Shown here one piece after another: positions 1 through 9,312 of a stretch of DNA of 64,000 nucleotides. The notes below the pieces were generated by a model that did not search any database, had not been told where the DNA came from, and was given only the letters and a program-made list of their open reading frames with translations. How positions within the stretch are numbered: position 1 is the first letter of the stretch; each line of letters opens with the position of its first letter. The position numbers and the translations under genes are program-made. Origin of the DNA: Coleofasciculus sp. B1-GNL1-01 (GTDB taxonomy: Bacteria; Cyanobacteriota; Cyanobacteriia; Cyanobacteriales; Coleofasciculaceae); the NCBI GenBank assembly GCA_040220235.1, contig JAVJTO010000082.1; one strand, 5' to 3'.

Positions 1-126
1 AATCGGCTTTTTGAATCCATTGAAGAGTTAGAATCTTTGTTGCATCAACTTTTAAATGAAGACAAGCTAGTTATTAATTGGGGGCGGAAACTGAAAAATA
101 AGGGTAATGCTCTTATCACAGTTTAA
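1..126 (+). mobile_element. 3' end of an IS630-family transposase (window-truncated), followed by a terminal inverted repeat
   Basis: Frame 1 reads NRLFESIEELESLLHQLLNEDKLVINWGRKLKNKGNALITV*, resembling cyanobacterial IS630 C-termini; followed by TTTAAATGCATAACAGCTTA, an end sequence also seen at 8620-8639. Confidence 0.7.
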
Positions 127-189
127 ATGCATAACAGCTTATTAGTTTCTATCCAAGACAAGACTTAACAACGAGTTGAGAAGCATTTC

Positions 190-1209
190 ATGAACAGAGC
201 CATAAAAATAGCCCTCAGTAGTATCTCCCTGGTTGCCTTACTTTTAGGAACATTGGTTCTAGAAGCTGGTGGATTAGAAGATTTTAAACTGCGCTACTTC
301 TTCCTCACCAAACATTTTCACGACCAAACCCAAGAACTTGACGACCTCCGCAAGCAAAACGTTGACCCAGAAAAAAATACGCGCATTGACTTAACTCAAC
401 TTCTCGATGGGGGACCTCCCAAAGATGGCATTCCCAGTATCGACAATCCGCGCTTCGATACTGCCGAAACGACACCATTTTCCCAGGATGAATTAGTCAT
501 TGGTGTCGTCGTCAATGGAGAAGCAAAAGCCTATCCCTTTGGGATTATGAACTGGCACGAAATTGTCAACGATACAGTCGGCGGTACTAATCTCACAGTT
601 TCCTATTGTCCGCTGTGCGACACCATTGTTGCCTTCGAGCGGGGGAACACCACCTACGGTGTATCCGGTAAGTTGTATCAAAGTTGTTTAGTGATGTACG
701 ATCGTGCCGATGATACCCTCTATTCCCAACCCTGGACGATTGGCGTAGTCGGGCTAAATGTCAACCGCTCCCTCGAACGGCTTCCGGCGGTGAAAACCAC
801 CCTTGGGGACTGGCTGGCAAAGCATCCAGACAGTAAAATTCTCTCAACTCAAACTGGTCACAGCCGCGACTACATGAATTATCCCTATGGAGAGTACTAC
901 ACCAACAACGAGCTTGTGTTTCCGGTTCGCAATCAGGATGAGCTGACGCTTCATCCGAAAGCCATTATTAGCTATGTGTGGGAACCAGATAATCAAACCC
1001 CAAACAATCGCTTTTCTGGTATCAGCCATCAGTTTCCTCACCAAGAACTCAAGCAAGTGGGTACACAGGTTGTAGATTTCAAGGGTCGGCAAATTCGCGC
1101 CCGTTGGGACAATGAACTGGAAACCGTTAGGGTTGAAGAACTAGATGGAACGCCTATTCCCAGTTCGACAGCATTTGCTTTTGTGTATCCAGCATTTTTT
1201 ATGGAGTAA
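190..1209 (+). CDS. DUF3179 domain membrane-anchored/periplasmic protein
   Basis: N-terminal hydrophobic helix; motifs GGPPKDGIPSIDNP, WHEIVND, SYCPLC, GVSGKLY, MYDR. Confidence 0.85.
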   Translation: MNRAIKIALSSISLVALLLGTLVLEAGGLEDFKLRYFFLTKHFHDQTQELDDLRKQNVDPEKNTRIDLTQLLDGGPPKDGIPSIDNPRFDTAETTPFSQDELVIGVVVNGEAKAYPFGIMNWHEIVNDTVGGTNLTVSYCPLCDTIVAFERGNTTYGVSGKLYQSCLVMYDRADDTLYSQPWTIGVVGLNVNRSLERLPAVKTTLGDWLAKHPDSKILSTQTGHSRDYMNYPYGEYYTNNELVFPVRNQDELTLHPKAIISYVWEPDNQTPNNRFSGISHQFPHQELKQVGTQVVDFKGRQIRARWDNELETVRVEELDGTPIPSSTAFAFVYPAFFME

Positions 1210-1294
1210 ATGAGGTAAAAACCTCAACTAATTGGATGGGAAAACTAGATGGATCGTCTGAACAATGAGATATAATTTCAGCCCAATTTAAGCC

Positions 1295-1576
1295 ATGCCC
1301 CGATAAATCAATCTCAAGATTTTAAGCGCTGCCGACCTAAAACAGCACAACCAAGTCCAGTGTACCCATCATCCAGCCGTGGCGTTTGACTGGCTCTCCA
1401 TTGATATTGGCAGCACTCCAGCGCTCAACTCGGCATTTTCCCAAGTCCCAGAGATAGCGAGTCAAACTCAGTCTACCCCGAAGGGTGAATCAAAACGTCG
1501 TCCGAGAAGAAAACTCACGGATTATTCCTGTCCTAAATGTCAGCATCGGATGACCAAAGTATATCTCCACGATTAA
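1295..1576 (+). pseudogene. Small hypothetical Zn-ribbon-like protein, possibly with an early nonsense codon
   Basis: ATG at 1295 is in frame with ORF 1379..1576 but codon 4 is TAA; C-terminal CPKC motif. Confidence 0.25.
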
Positions 1577-1701
1577 CTTTAATTGTCCCCACCTACTTAA
1601 TGAAGATATGCTAAATTTTTAGGAGTATATTGGGTGAGATTGACTATTGACTATGATGTGGCACTGACGGGGGTAAACCCCATCATAAAGGAGGCTGCTG
1701 C

Positions 1702-2595
1702 GTGAGCGAGATTGAGCCAGTCACAACCGAGGAACTGTTCGCCGAGGTCAAAGCCTTAATCGATGCAGCAAAACAGCGCGTCGCTGGCACGGTTAATGCC
1801 GAACTTACCCTCCTCTACTGGCATATCGGACACCGCATCTATACGCAGATTCTCAAATGCGATCGCGCTACCTACGGCAAACAAATCATCAGCACCCTCG
1901 CCCAACAACTTACTCAAACCTACGGTAAAGGCTGGAGCGTCCGCCAACTGCAAGAACGCATTGACTCCATGCTTTACGAACGCACCGCCCTTTCCCGCAA
2001 ACCAGAAGACACCATCCGCCACGACCTCGACCAACTGCGGAAAACCCGGCAAATTTCTCCCGATTTATTGCTGAAAGACCCCTATATCCTCGACTTCCTC
2101 CAACTCAACGACCGTTACTTAGAAAAAGACCTCGAAGATGCCATCCTCCGCGATATCGAGCAATTTCTCCTGGAACTGGGGGCGGGATTTACCTTTGTCG
2201 CCCGTCAGAAAAAGCTACAGATTGATGATGACGAGTTCTATCTTGATCTGCTTTTTTATAACCGCAAACTCAAACGCCTCATCGCCATTGATTTGAAACT
2301 GGGTAGCTTCAAAGCCGAATACAAAGGACAAATGGAACTGTACCTACGCTGGCTTGCCAAATACGAACAAGAACCGGATGAAAACCCACCCCTCGGTATT
2401 ATTCTCTGTGCTGGCAAAAAGCAGGAACAAATCGAACTCCTGGAAGTTGACAAAAGCGGGATTCATGTCGCGGAATATCTCACCGTCCTACCGCCGAAAG
2501 CCGTGCTACAAACCAAACTGCAACAAGCCATTACCGATGCTCGCAAGCGATTTGCTGCGGCTCACCCAACATCTGCGGAGGACAACCCCCAATGA
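1702..2595 (+). CDS. YhcG/DUF1016 PDDEXK nuclease family protein with an apparent in-frame internal deletion
   Basis: LYWHIG, LKDPYILDFL, ELGAGFTFVARQ, YLDLLFYNR, AIDLK, GQMELYL motifs; segment between YGKGWS and RQLQERI is missing relative to typical ~345-aa homologues. Confidence 0.85.
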   Translation: MSEIEPVTTEELFAEVKALIDAAKQRVAGTVNAELTLLYWHIGHRIYTQILKCDRATYGKQIISTLAQQLTQTYGKGWSVRQLQERIDSMLYERTALSRKPEDTIRHDLDQLRKTRQISPDLLLKDPYILDFLQLNDRYLEKDLEDAILRDIEQFLLELGAGFTFVARQKKLQIDDDEFYLDLLFYNRKLKRLIAIDLKLGSFKAEYKGQMELYLRWLAKYEQEPDENPPLGIILCAGKKQEQIELLEVDKSGIHVAEYLTVLPPKAVLQTKLQQAITDARKRFAAAHPTSAEDNPQ

Positions 2596-2702
2596 ATGAA
2601 GCCGAAACCAGAGCCAAACTGATTGACCCCGCCCGCCGTGCGGCGGGTTGGTGTATGGTGGACAAAAGCCGTACCCGTCGCGAAGTCATCGCCCCTGGTT
2701 GA
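2592..2702 (+). pseudogene. hsdR: N-terminal stub of a type I restriction enzyme R subunit (EcoAI-like HsdR)
   Basis: ATGA overlap with the yhcG-like stop; translates MNEAETRAKLIDPARRAAGWCMVDKSRTRREVIAPG*, matching the HsdR N-terminal pattern MNEAETR..IDP.L..AGW. Confidence 0.75.
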
Positions 2703-2885
2703 CATATCATGTCCTAACGATTGCCCATAATTGCAATGCTGTAATAACAGGGGTTTCAGGCGTTTTTATTAGAGGTGTTTGACCGAACATGATATCACCC
2801 CTTCAGCCCTTAGCTACCCCTTTGAGTAGCATTGCCCTTTCTCCCAACTCCCTTAGCTTCCCCAGCTCCCTACCCCTACAGATAT

Positions 2886-3332
2886 TTAACTTCCGCTCAA
2901 CATGGTGCGTAATCGTCCTGGAAGAGGATGATTACCCGAATCGTGATGGCGCAGTAACTTTAACAAAGGTTCTGGTACAGTGGCGCTTAGATTAATTTGC
3001 AACTGGGGACCCGAAAGGGCAAGTCGAATAATCGTTTCGTTTTGAATCTCCAGTTCCGTAATCGGTTGACCATCCTTATACGTCCCATTGTTACCAAAGT
3101 TAATCAATTTCCATCGGTTCCCCATACGCCGCAATTCCAGATGGTAACGCGACACAACCGAACTTCGCAGCACAATATGGTTATCCGCACAGCGCCCTAT
3201 TTTAATAATCGGTTGATCAGTAAAATGCCATTGTTGAATCGGTACACTATGGGATGGCGATCGCAGTGATACCGTAACAACATTTGGAGCAAGATTTACG
3301 CCTGACAAAGATTTATGAATCAATTGATGCAC
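2886..3332 (-). CDS. FHA-domain protein (single domain; start uncertain)
   Basis: IKIGRCADNHIVL, VVSRYH, NNGTY FHA motifs. Confidence 0.85.
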   Translation of the reverse strand: MHQLIHKSLSGVNLAPNVVTVSLRSPSHSVPIQQWHFTDQPIIKIGRCADNHIVLRSSVVSRYHLELRRMGNRWKLINFGNNGTYKDGQPITELEIQNETIIRLALSGPQLQINLSATVPEPLLKLLRHHDSGNHPLPGRLRTMLSGS

Positions 3333-4076
3333 CCCTAAAAATCAAAACTTGATAGTTAGTTTAATCGGCTTACTATTTCTAGAAGCCCACACTCTACTCC
3401 TAAGAGTCAGTGTGTGAAGTTGTCCCTTTAATCATGACACGCCTCAGACGAATCGCATAGTGCGATTTACGTCTAGGACATGACTGGGCGAGGAAATGTG
3501 ACTAGAAACCCTAGATATTCCGTACTTTCCCCGCATCTCCCGCTAACGTGGGAGTTTTGCCTAGAGAGTACGCGATCGCAATAGCCAGATCGCTGTTGGT
3601 TATCATCTTCACAATATACCTAACTCACAATTGAGTTAAGATGCTCAGTATCACTTGATAGCTGATAACTTCAGTTTACAGAATCTGACCCAGTTTTTCA
3701 CACCGTACTATTACGGAGCAACTCCAAGCCGCTATACAAGTGAATGTCCCGATGCTAGCATACCCATTCAATCATTGAAATTGATGGGATAATTCCCCAG
3801 TAATTGTAGCACAAGCTACCAAATCATCCCCTGCCAGGGAGAGTTAGCGAGGGGTCTGACCCCCCAGTTCAGTGACTCCCAGTATCATACTTTTAACTCT
3901 GATATAAATTAATAATAACCTAACCCGAATGGCACGTTCTTGAAACCGAATCTGGCTAACTTAGATACCAGAAAATGATCCGATTGGTTAATTCACTAGG
4001 AAAAAGACCTCTCCCATGCATGTCAACTTAAAAAGATGGGGAAGTTGGGGGAAAAATAAACTTCTAAGTAGTCGGA

Positions 4077-4449
4077 ATAAGTAAATCATCGAACCCGTTT
4101 TAACGGGTTTAAGCTTTTAGCCCCAACTTGAGTTGAGGGCTGACTTTGTATCACTCACTCACACCCTCGCCCCTTTCCGTATAAGTAAATAGTTGAACCC
4201 GTTTTAATGGGTTTAAGCTTTTAGCCCCAACTTGAGTTGAGGGCTTTATATCATCCTCACACCCTCGCTCCCTTCTGTATAAGTAAATCATTGAACCCGT
4301 TTTAACGGGTTTAAGCTTTTAGCCCCAACTTGAGTTGAGGGCTGACTTTGTATCACCTCACACCCTCACCCCCTTTCCGTATAAGTAAATCATTGAACCC
4401 GTTTTAACGGGTTTAAGCTTTTAGCCCCAACTTGAGTTGAGGGCTGACT
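4077..4449. repeat. Tandem array of four ~100-bp palindromic (REP-like) units
   Basis: Core ATAAGTAAAT...GAACCCGTTTTAACGGGTTTAAGCTTTTAGCCCCAACTTGAGTTGAGGG starts at 4077, 4181, 4279, 4381; linkers resemble each other; solo copy at ~38010-38060. Confidence 0.9.
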
Positions 4450-4530
4450 CCAAAATCATCAAGCTACCCTGATTAGCCCCAGGTTTAGAGGTAAAGTATT
4501 GACATGATTGTCTACGCAAGGAGATTAGTT

Positions 4531-4956
4531 ATGGTCGCGACTCGCGAAGTGATTATTCCCACAGGGATGGAAATCCTATATGAAAAGTATCACTATTGTC
4601 CAGGTATTAGAATCGGAAATACAGTGTATGTCTCCGGTCAAGTGGGTCGCGACGAAAAGTTACAAGTGGTTGAGGGAATAGAAGAACAGTTTATCCAGGC
4701 GTTTGAAAATGTCAAAAAAGTTCTTTTAACCGCAGGCGTAACCTTTGACAATGTTGTCGAACTTGTAACCTATCATGTCACAAGTCCAGCGTCTATTCCA
4801 GCTTCAAGACCACTAATGATTCCGCATTTGTCGCTGTTTATGGAAATAAAAGATCGGTACTTTATTGAGAAATATCCAACTTGGACAAAAGTAGGTGTCA
4901 CCGCCTTGTCTGACCCTGGACTCATCGTGGAAATCAAGTGTACAGCGCTGCGATAA
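4531..4956 (+). CDS. RidA/YjgF/UK114 family protein
   Basis: Y.PG...GNTVYVSGQVG, QAFENVKKVL, YPTWT.VGVTAL, VEIKCTA; ATG 4531 preceded by AGGAG. Confidence 0.88.
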   Translation: MVATREVIIPTGMEILYEKYHYCPGIRIGNTVYVSGQVGRDEKLQVVEGIEEQFIQAFENVKKVLLTAGVTFDNVVELVTYHVTSPASIPASRPLMIPHLSLFMEIKDRYFIEKYPTWTKVGVTALSDPGLIVEIKCTALR

Positions 4957-5049
4957 AATCTAAGCTGTCAGTCTGAAACAAGAGAAGGATGCCAACTCAC
5001 AATAAGTATGGCAAAGTAGACAGCAAAGCTCAAGACGTGGTGCATTTTA

Positions 5050-6447
5050 ATGAAATTTCGATCCAAAGTTGCTGAAAAAGGCTCAATTTCTGCAACAGAT
5101 AAAACAATTACCAGAAGGTTACTACATCCTAACTATCCCTTCTCTACCACCCGTTTCCCGTTTTTTTATGGCTGGATTATTGCGGTGGTTTGCACGATTG
5201 GGATCATTATGAGTATTCCGGGTCAAACTGTAGGAGTGAGCGTTTTCACGGATCATTTGCTACAGGCGACGGGTGTATCACGTTTGGAATTGAGTAATGC
5301 TTACCTGGTGGGAACCTTAACCAGTGGTTTCCTATTACCCATGGGGGGAGTGTTGCTTGACCGCTTTGGCGCACGAGTTATTGTGGTGGGTTCGTCCCTG
5401 TGGCTAGGGGGAACACTCTGTTATTTGAGTTTGTGCGATCGCATCGCTATCTCTCTCAAGACTATACTACCCCTTGATCATTCAGCCATAGCCCTGATCA
5501 TCCTAGGACTAGGCTTTACCAGCCTGCGCTTTTCCGGTCAAGGAATGTTGACAATGACCAGCCGTACCACCTTAGGCAAATGGTTTGACCGTCGTCGGGG
5601 GTTTGTCTCCGGTACAACTGGTGTATTTATCTCCTTTGGCTTTTCCATTGCACCATTAATTCTGAGTACCTGGATTAACGGCTTCGGTTGGCGATATACC
5701 TGGGTAACAATGGCAGCTATTGTGGGGATTGGCATGGGATTTATTGGCTGGATGTTCTACCGAGATAATCCAGAAGAATGTGGTCTGATTATGGACGGAG
5801 ACGCCACAACTCCAGTCACCACCGGAGAAACTTTTGCTGAGAACAAGATACAAGATTTTACTCGTTCCCAAGCGCTGCGTACCCGAATTTTTTGGGCAGC
5901 AACCTTAACCTTATCCTCTCACGCTTTAGTCGTTACCGGGATTACCTTTCACATCGTTGATATTGGCGCAGAAGCCGGATTATCGCAAATCCAAGCGGTG
6001 TCTCTGTTCTTACCGATGGCAATTCTCTCCACGATTGTTGGGTATTTGATGGGAGTCAGCGCTGACCGAGTTTCGCTGAAATATCTATTTATATTTATGA
6101 TTGTGTTTCAAGCTATTGGCTTTATCTGTGCCGCCAATCTGGGTATAGGCTGGTTGCGGGGACTAACCATCGTGGGATTAGGCGCAAGTGGCGGCTGTTT
6201 TAGCACCTTATCGACTGTGGCTTTACCCAGATTCTTTGGTCGAATGCATTTAGGGGCGATTGCTGGCGTTCAGATGATGAGTATGGTGTGCGCGAGTGCG
6301 ATAGGACCTTCATTCTTAGCTGTATTTAAGGATCAATTGGGTTCTTATCAACCGGGTCTCTACGCTTGTACTATACTCCCAGCGATTACACTGATTCTGA
6401 CTCTTTTTTCCCATAATCCACAAAAGGGAATAGGGAATGGGGAATAG
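5050..6447 (+). CDS. MFS transporter
   Basis: ~12 hydrophobic helices, GVLLDRFGAR MFS motif, FFYGW, KWFDRRRG. Confidence 0.9.
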   Translation: MKFRSKVAEKGSISATDKTITRRLLHPNYPFSTTRFPFFYGWIIAVVCTIGIIMSIPGQTVGVSVFTDHLLQATGVSRLELSNAYLVGTLTSGFLLPMGGVLLDRFGARVIVVGSSLWLGGTLCYLSLCDRIAISLKTILPLDHSAIALIILGLGFTSLRFSGQGMLTMTSRTTLGKWFDRRRGFVSGTTGVFISFGFSIAPLILSTWINGFGWRYTWVTMAAIVGIGMGFIGWMFYRDNPEECGLIMDGDATTPVTTGETFAENKIQDFTRSQALRTRIFWAATLTLSSHALVVTGITFHIVDIGAEAGLSQIQAVSLFLPMAILSTIVGYLMGVSADRVSLKYLFIFMIVFQAIGFICAANLGIGWLRGLTIVGLGASGGCFSTLSTVALPRFFGRMHLGAIAGVQMMSMVCASAIGPSFLAVFKDQLGSYQPGLYACTILPAITLILTLFSHNPQKGIGNGE

Positions 6448-6463
6448 GGAATGGGGGGAGCAT

Positions 6464-6645
6464 TACAGCGCTTTGCGCTGTAATAAAGTACAGTAGATCA
6501 AAGAGATCAAAGAGATCAAAGTCCCCCTTTTAGATCCCCCTCCCGTCCCCCTTAAAAAGGGGGAAGCCAGCGGATGCTTCGCTTTTTTTGCTTATGGGAT
6601 TTAGGGGGATCGACAATGTACCGCATAGCAGAGCAAACTGCTGTA
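6464..6645. mobile_element. MITE-like element with imperfect ~29-bp terminal inverted repeats (TACAGC...GCTGTA)
   Basis: TACAGCGCTTTGCGCTGTAATAAAGTACA versus reverse complement of TGTACCGCATAGCAGAGCAAACTGCTGTA; internal CCCCCTTAAAAAGGGGG palindrome. Confidence 0.6.
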
Positions 6646-6719
6646 TTAAATGGCTGAAACCCTAATGCTGACTTGATCGCATTGGTGTACAATCAACAGG
6701 ATTTGATACCGCTTATCGG

Positions 6720-8483
6720 TTAGAACTGATAGCCTACACTAAAATGAAATCCCTCATCTTGAGCGTTTTCTCTCCGATCATCCAAATCCACAAAAGGAAT
6801 CCCATAGTCAAGGCGGATATTTAAGTTAGGGATAGGTTCCCAAAGTAAACCTAATCCTAAACTCGCTAAAAATGTCTGATCGGGTTGATCATTGGGATTA
6901 TCAGGATGATTCCACACCGCCCCTAAATCAACAAAGGGTGCGAGTTGAAAGGTGGGTAATCCAGTTTCATTTCTCTCCAGTGTAATCCGATCTTCAATCG
7001 AAACACGAAACCCATTGTCACCAGAACGTACATTTTGCCTGTACCCGCGCAGGGTTTGTCCGCCACCGATTACAAATTGTTCAGAAGCCAAGAGAGAATC
7101 GGGGGTGAGTTGTAAGTTAGCCGCAATAATTAATAGATGATTCTCGCCCAATATTTGTGTGCGTTGCACTTGACCCAACCAGCTAAAAAAGCGACTATCT
7201 GGAATCGGTGCATCATTGGTCGTGGCGTCAAAGAAATCGGTACCAATGTTAAACTGCGATCGCAGACTCCATGCGCCCTGGATGTCCCGTTTCACGTAGT
7301 CTTGTCCAAAGCGGAACACACTGGTGCGACTCACGCCATCTTCATCGGGTCCAATCCCAAAGGGAGTGGGTAGGCGGTCAAAAATAAAGGTTTGACCATC
7401 TCGGTAACTAAACCCTAAAGACAGGGCAAATTCTTGGCGCAGGGTACGAATTAAGGGTTGACGAAAGCTGACTTCATAGAGTTCTGTTTCCCCTTCGATA
7501 TTCAGTGCATCAAAGGGTTCTTCGGTAATTTCATTGCGGTCAATAACAGTACGCAGTTGTAGCGTTCCGTCTTTTGCATTCAAGGGAACCCGATAGCTGA
7601 AATTAAATAAATTAGAACCGCCTGTTGTGGAACGATAATAGGAACCGGAAAGCGTATCGCCAATTCCAATAAGATTCCGATAACCGAGTTGAACCCCTAA
7701 GCGTTCTGAACCAACACTAGGGGGAGAATAGTTATCTACACTGACATTTCCAAAGAAGGGATTTGTCTCTTCAACTTGTACAACCAGAATACTTTCACCG
7801 ACTTCATCACCCGCTTCTAAGGTGGCGTTTAGGGTGTCAAAGAGGGGATTAGTTCTCAGCAGTCGCAATTGCTCTTCTAGTGTATCAACACGCAGGGGGG
7901 GACTGGTGGCTGATTGAATCCGTTTACGAATGTAACTGGGCTTCAGTCGTTCGGTTCCTTCTATCTGAATGTCTGTTAAACGCCCTTCAATCACCTGAAT
8001 GGTAACAACACCATCGGTTACATTCTGTTGCGGTAAAATCGCCGTCGAGGTAAAGTATCCAGCATCACGATACAGTTGCGCGATCGCATCCGTGGCATTC
8101 TGAAGTTCGTTTATAGTAACAGTGCGTCCTTCCAAGGGTTGAATAATAGGATTTAACTCCTCTGCACCAAAAAAGCTACTCCCCACAACTTCGATACGGT
8201 TAACATCAATTGTGGTTTCCGTTGATTCAGTTGGGGGCGGTTGAACAGGTTCTTCCGGCGTTGGTAAAACGGGTTCGGTTTCTGTTGGTTCAGAAGGGAT
8301 GGGTTCGGGAGTTGGTTGGAGAAATCGGTCTTCGTTGGGGTTGGGTTGTTGGGCGAAGTCAAAGGCAGGAAAATGTTCGGTAGGTTCAGATAAAGTTAGG
8401 GGAGGATTAGCCAAAGCGTAACCCTGTTCAAGTGTTGCAATCAGGGTAATCCCCCCGATGAGTAATAATTTAGTTTGTATCAT
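6720..8483 (-). CDS. ShlB/FhaC/HecB family two-partner secretion outer-membrane protein (TpsB)
   Basis: Signal peptide, POTRA region (Y...GYFTS.A.LP.Q), IGGGQTLRGY motif, C-terminal aromatic residue (VGYQF). Confidence 0.93.
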   Translation of the reverse strand: MIQTKLLLIGGITLIATLEQGYALANPPLTLSEPTEHFPAFDFAQQPNPNEDRFLQPTPEPIPSEPTETEPVLPTPEEPVQPPPTESTETTIDVNRIEVVGSSFFGAEELNPIIQPLEGRTVTINELQNATDAIAQLYRDAGYFTSTAILPQQNVTDGVVTIQVIEGRLTDIQIEGTERLKPSYIRKRIQSATSPPLRVDTLEEQLRLLRTNPLFDTLNATLEAGDEVGESILVVQVEETNPFFGNVSVDNYSPPSVGSERLGVQLGYRNLIGIGDTLSGSYYRSTTGGSNLFNFSYRVPLNAKDGTLQLRTVIDRNEITEEPFDALNIEGETELYEVSFRQPLIRTLRQEFALSLGFSYRDGQTFIFDRLPTPFGIGPDEDGVSRTSVFRFGQDYVKRDIQGAWSLRSQFNIGTDFFDATTNDAPIPDSRFFSWLGQVQRTQILGENHLLIIAANLQLTPDSLLASEQFVIGGGQTLRGYRQNVRSGDNGFRVSIEDRITLERNETGLPTFQLAPFVDLGAVWNHPDNPNDQPDQTFLASLGLGLLWEPIPNLNIRLDYGIPFVDLDDRRENAQDEGFHFSVGYQF

Positions 8484-8511
8484 TTCACTCCTCTTACACC
8501 CTGTCTTGAGT

Positions 8512-8639
8512 TAAGCTGTTCGGCATTTAAACCTTAATATCAATAACGGCGAAAGTCTTGTAGTGCGTTAAGCGAAGCCATGCCGCAGGCTTTGCATCTT
8601 GCTCGCTGCTAATACCCAATTTAAATGCATGACAGCTTA
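8512..8639. mobile_element. IS630-type MITE (TA-flanked, 128 bp)
   Basis: Left end TAAGCTGTTCGGCATTTAAA, right end TTTAAATGCATGACAGCTTA; right end matches the end after the transposase fragment near 122-141. Confidence 0.7.
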
Positions 8640-8687
8640 TGCTAATTCCAGTCAAACTTGACCGTAAAAGTCTTTTTTGCTTTTCTT

Positions 8688-9137
8688 TTACGAATTATCA
8701 ACCAAGCTTTGCATATATTGTTCAAAAGGAAGACGCTGATCGGGTCTTAAGACATCTCGTATTGCCATTCTCCGCTCAAATTGCAACTGAGAGATTTCTG
8801 TTCGTAAGGCTTCAACGTCACTATATTTTTGTCGTACCTGACTTTCTGAGGCATCGGCGCTGACGATTAATGTTTCCAGTTCTTGTTGCGCTTCGTCCCA
8901 TTTTTCATAGAGGGAGTCCAGTAAAGGACTAAACTTGCGGCTGATTTGATTAAGTTGAGTAATTTGTTCTTCTGTTAATCCTATCTCTTCAATGAGTGGT
9001 GAGGGGTCTGGCGGAGTGTACTGTTCTATCGTTTGGGCTTGTAACTGAGGCGGGATAGAGTTCGATTCTGCCAAAGCGTTAGCACTACTTAAGAAAAAAG
9101 CTAAGATTGTGATTGCAGAAATGCGACGTAACAGCAT
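8688..9137 (-). CDS. Spy/CpxP family periplasmic chaperone
   Basis: Signal peptide; LTEEQ and LRPDQR (LTxxQ-like) motifs. Confidence 0.85.
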   Translation of the reverse strand: MLLRRISAITILAFFLSSANALAESNSIPPQLQAQTIEQYTPPDPSPLIEEIGLTEEQITQLNQISRKFSPLLDSLYEKWDEAQQELETLIVSADASESQVRQKYSDVEALRTEISQLQFERRMAIRDVLRPDQRLPFEQYMQSLVDNS

Positions 9138-9312
9138 AATTATTTCTGACCTAAAAAAATGCTTGTTCAGATGTTGATGATAGTTTGCCGTTCAAATTTC
9201 CATAAGAACTATTTCCTCCTTAGAGCAATTAAAGATTTTGGGATTTAACCTTAATCTCTAATTGCTGGTTTGGACATTGAACTATTGGAGTCGCTTCTTG
9301 TTACAGCTAAAG

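Noticed and set aside
3380..3425. Possible IS200/IS605 right-end remnant (AGAAGCCCACACTCTACTCC...CAGTGTGTG)
   Set aside because: Only a short resemblance with no tnpA/tnpB nearby; cannot be supported
4077..4449. CRISPR array
   Set aside because: Repeat core (~65 bp) is too long, linkers are homologous to each other, and no cas genes are in the window
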